From IMG/VR virus record IMGVR_UViG_2602041644_000008, positions 1-37,809 of that record: 37,809 nucleotides of DNA; one strand, written 5' to 3'. Origin of the DNA: a virus. Its lineage: Duplodnaviria > Heunggongvirae > Uroviricota > Caudoviricetes. A program made the translations under genes and the position numbers. Below are positions 37,582-37,809 of this stretch, in pieces; within the stretch, counting starts at the first letter, position 1; each line of letters starts with the position of its first letter. Under the pieces are notes generated by a model, which saw nothing but the letters and a program-made list of their open reading frames with translations, was not told the origin of the DNA and did no database searches.

Positions 37582-37809
<228 letters not shown>

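Overview
The window runs from an Escherichia/Shigella-type chromosome into most of a temperate podovirus prophage. Host DNA covers yfgH, yfgI, their terminator and a 15-nt remnant of the guaA 3' end (1-1180). The prophage has epsilon15/phiV10-like gene order and fills the rest of the window; its integrase end lies beyond it.

Reading left to right, the prophage carries:
- a lysis cassette on the minus strand (spanins with embedded Rz1, GH19 endolysin, two holin-like proteins)
- a small membrane protein and a mosaic tailspike
- an accessory/immunity island at 6.0-10.3 kb (LexA-boxed small antirepressor, membrane-anchored double zinc-ribbon protein, structured leader plus Bro-N antirepressor, YafO-like toxin with an unknown upstream partner, secreted mini-protein, AT-rich periplasmic protein)
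- ejection/internal virion proteins, tail hub, capsid module and portal
- a plus-strand unit wedged into the late operon (about 320 nt of structured noncoding RNA, tRNA-Arg(UCU), two terminated segments, Gp49-like gene)
- terminase, then early genes (DUF551, PD-(D/E)XK nucleases, GNAT-like, Ea22-like, lambda-P-like loader, O-like initiator with in-gene iterons)
- a divergent cro/repressor switch and the early-left genes
- a RecE-like exonuclease gene cut by an IS21-family element at the window edge

The strongest unexplained signal is a dispersed operator network. There are 11 exact intergenic copies of TTACC-N5-GGTAA, against about 0.04 expected by chance. They place almost every accessory cassette, the antirepressors, an internal early promoter and the terminase leader under one repressor, which has two HTH domains and no autocleavage domain. 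SOS input appears to come through a LexA-boxed antirepressor.

No CRISPR array or rRNA gene was seen. All functional calls rest on reading the translated ORFs and the DNA by eye; no database search was run.
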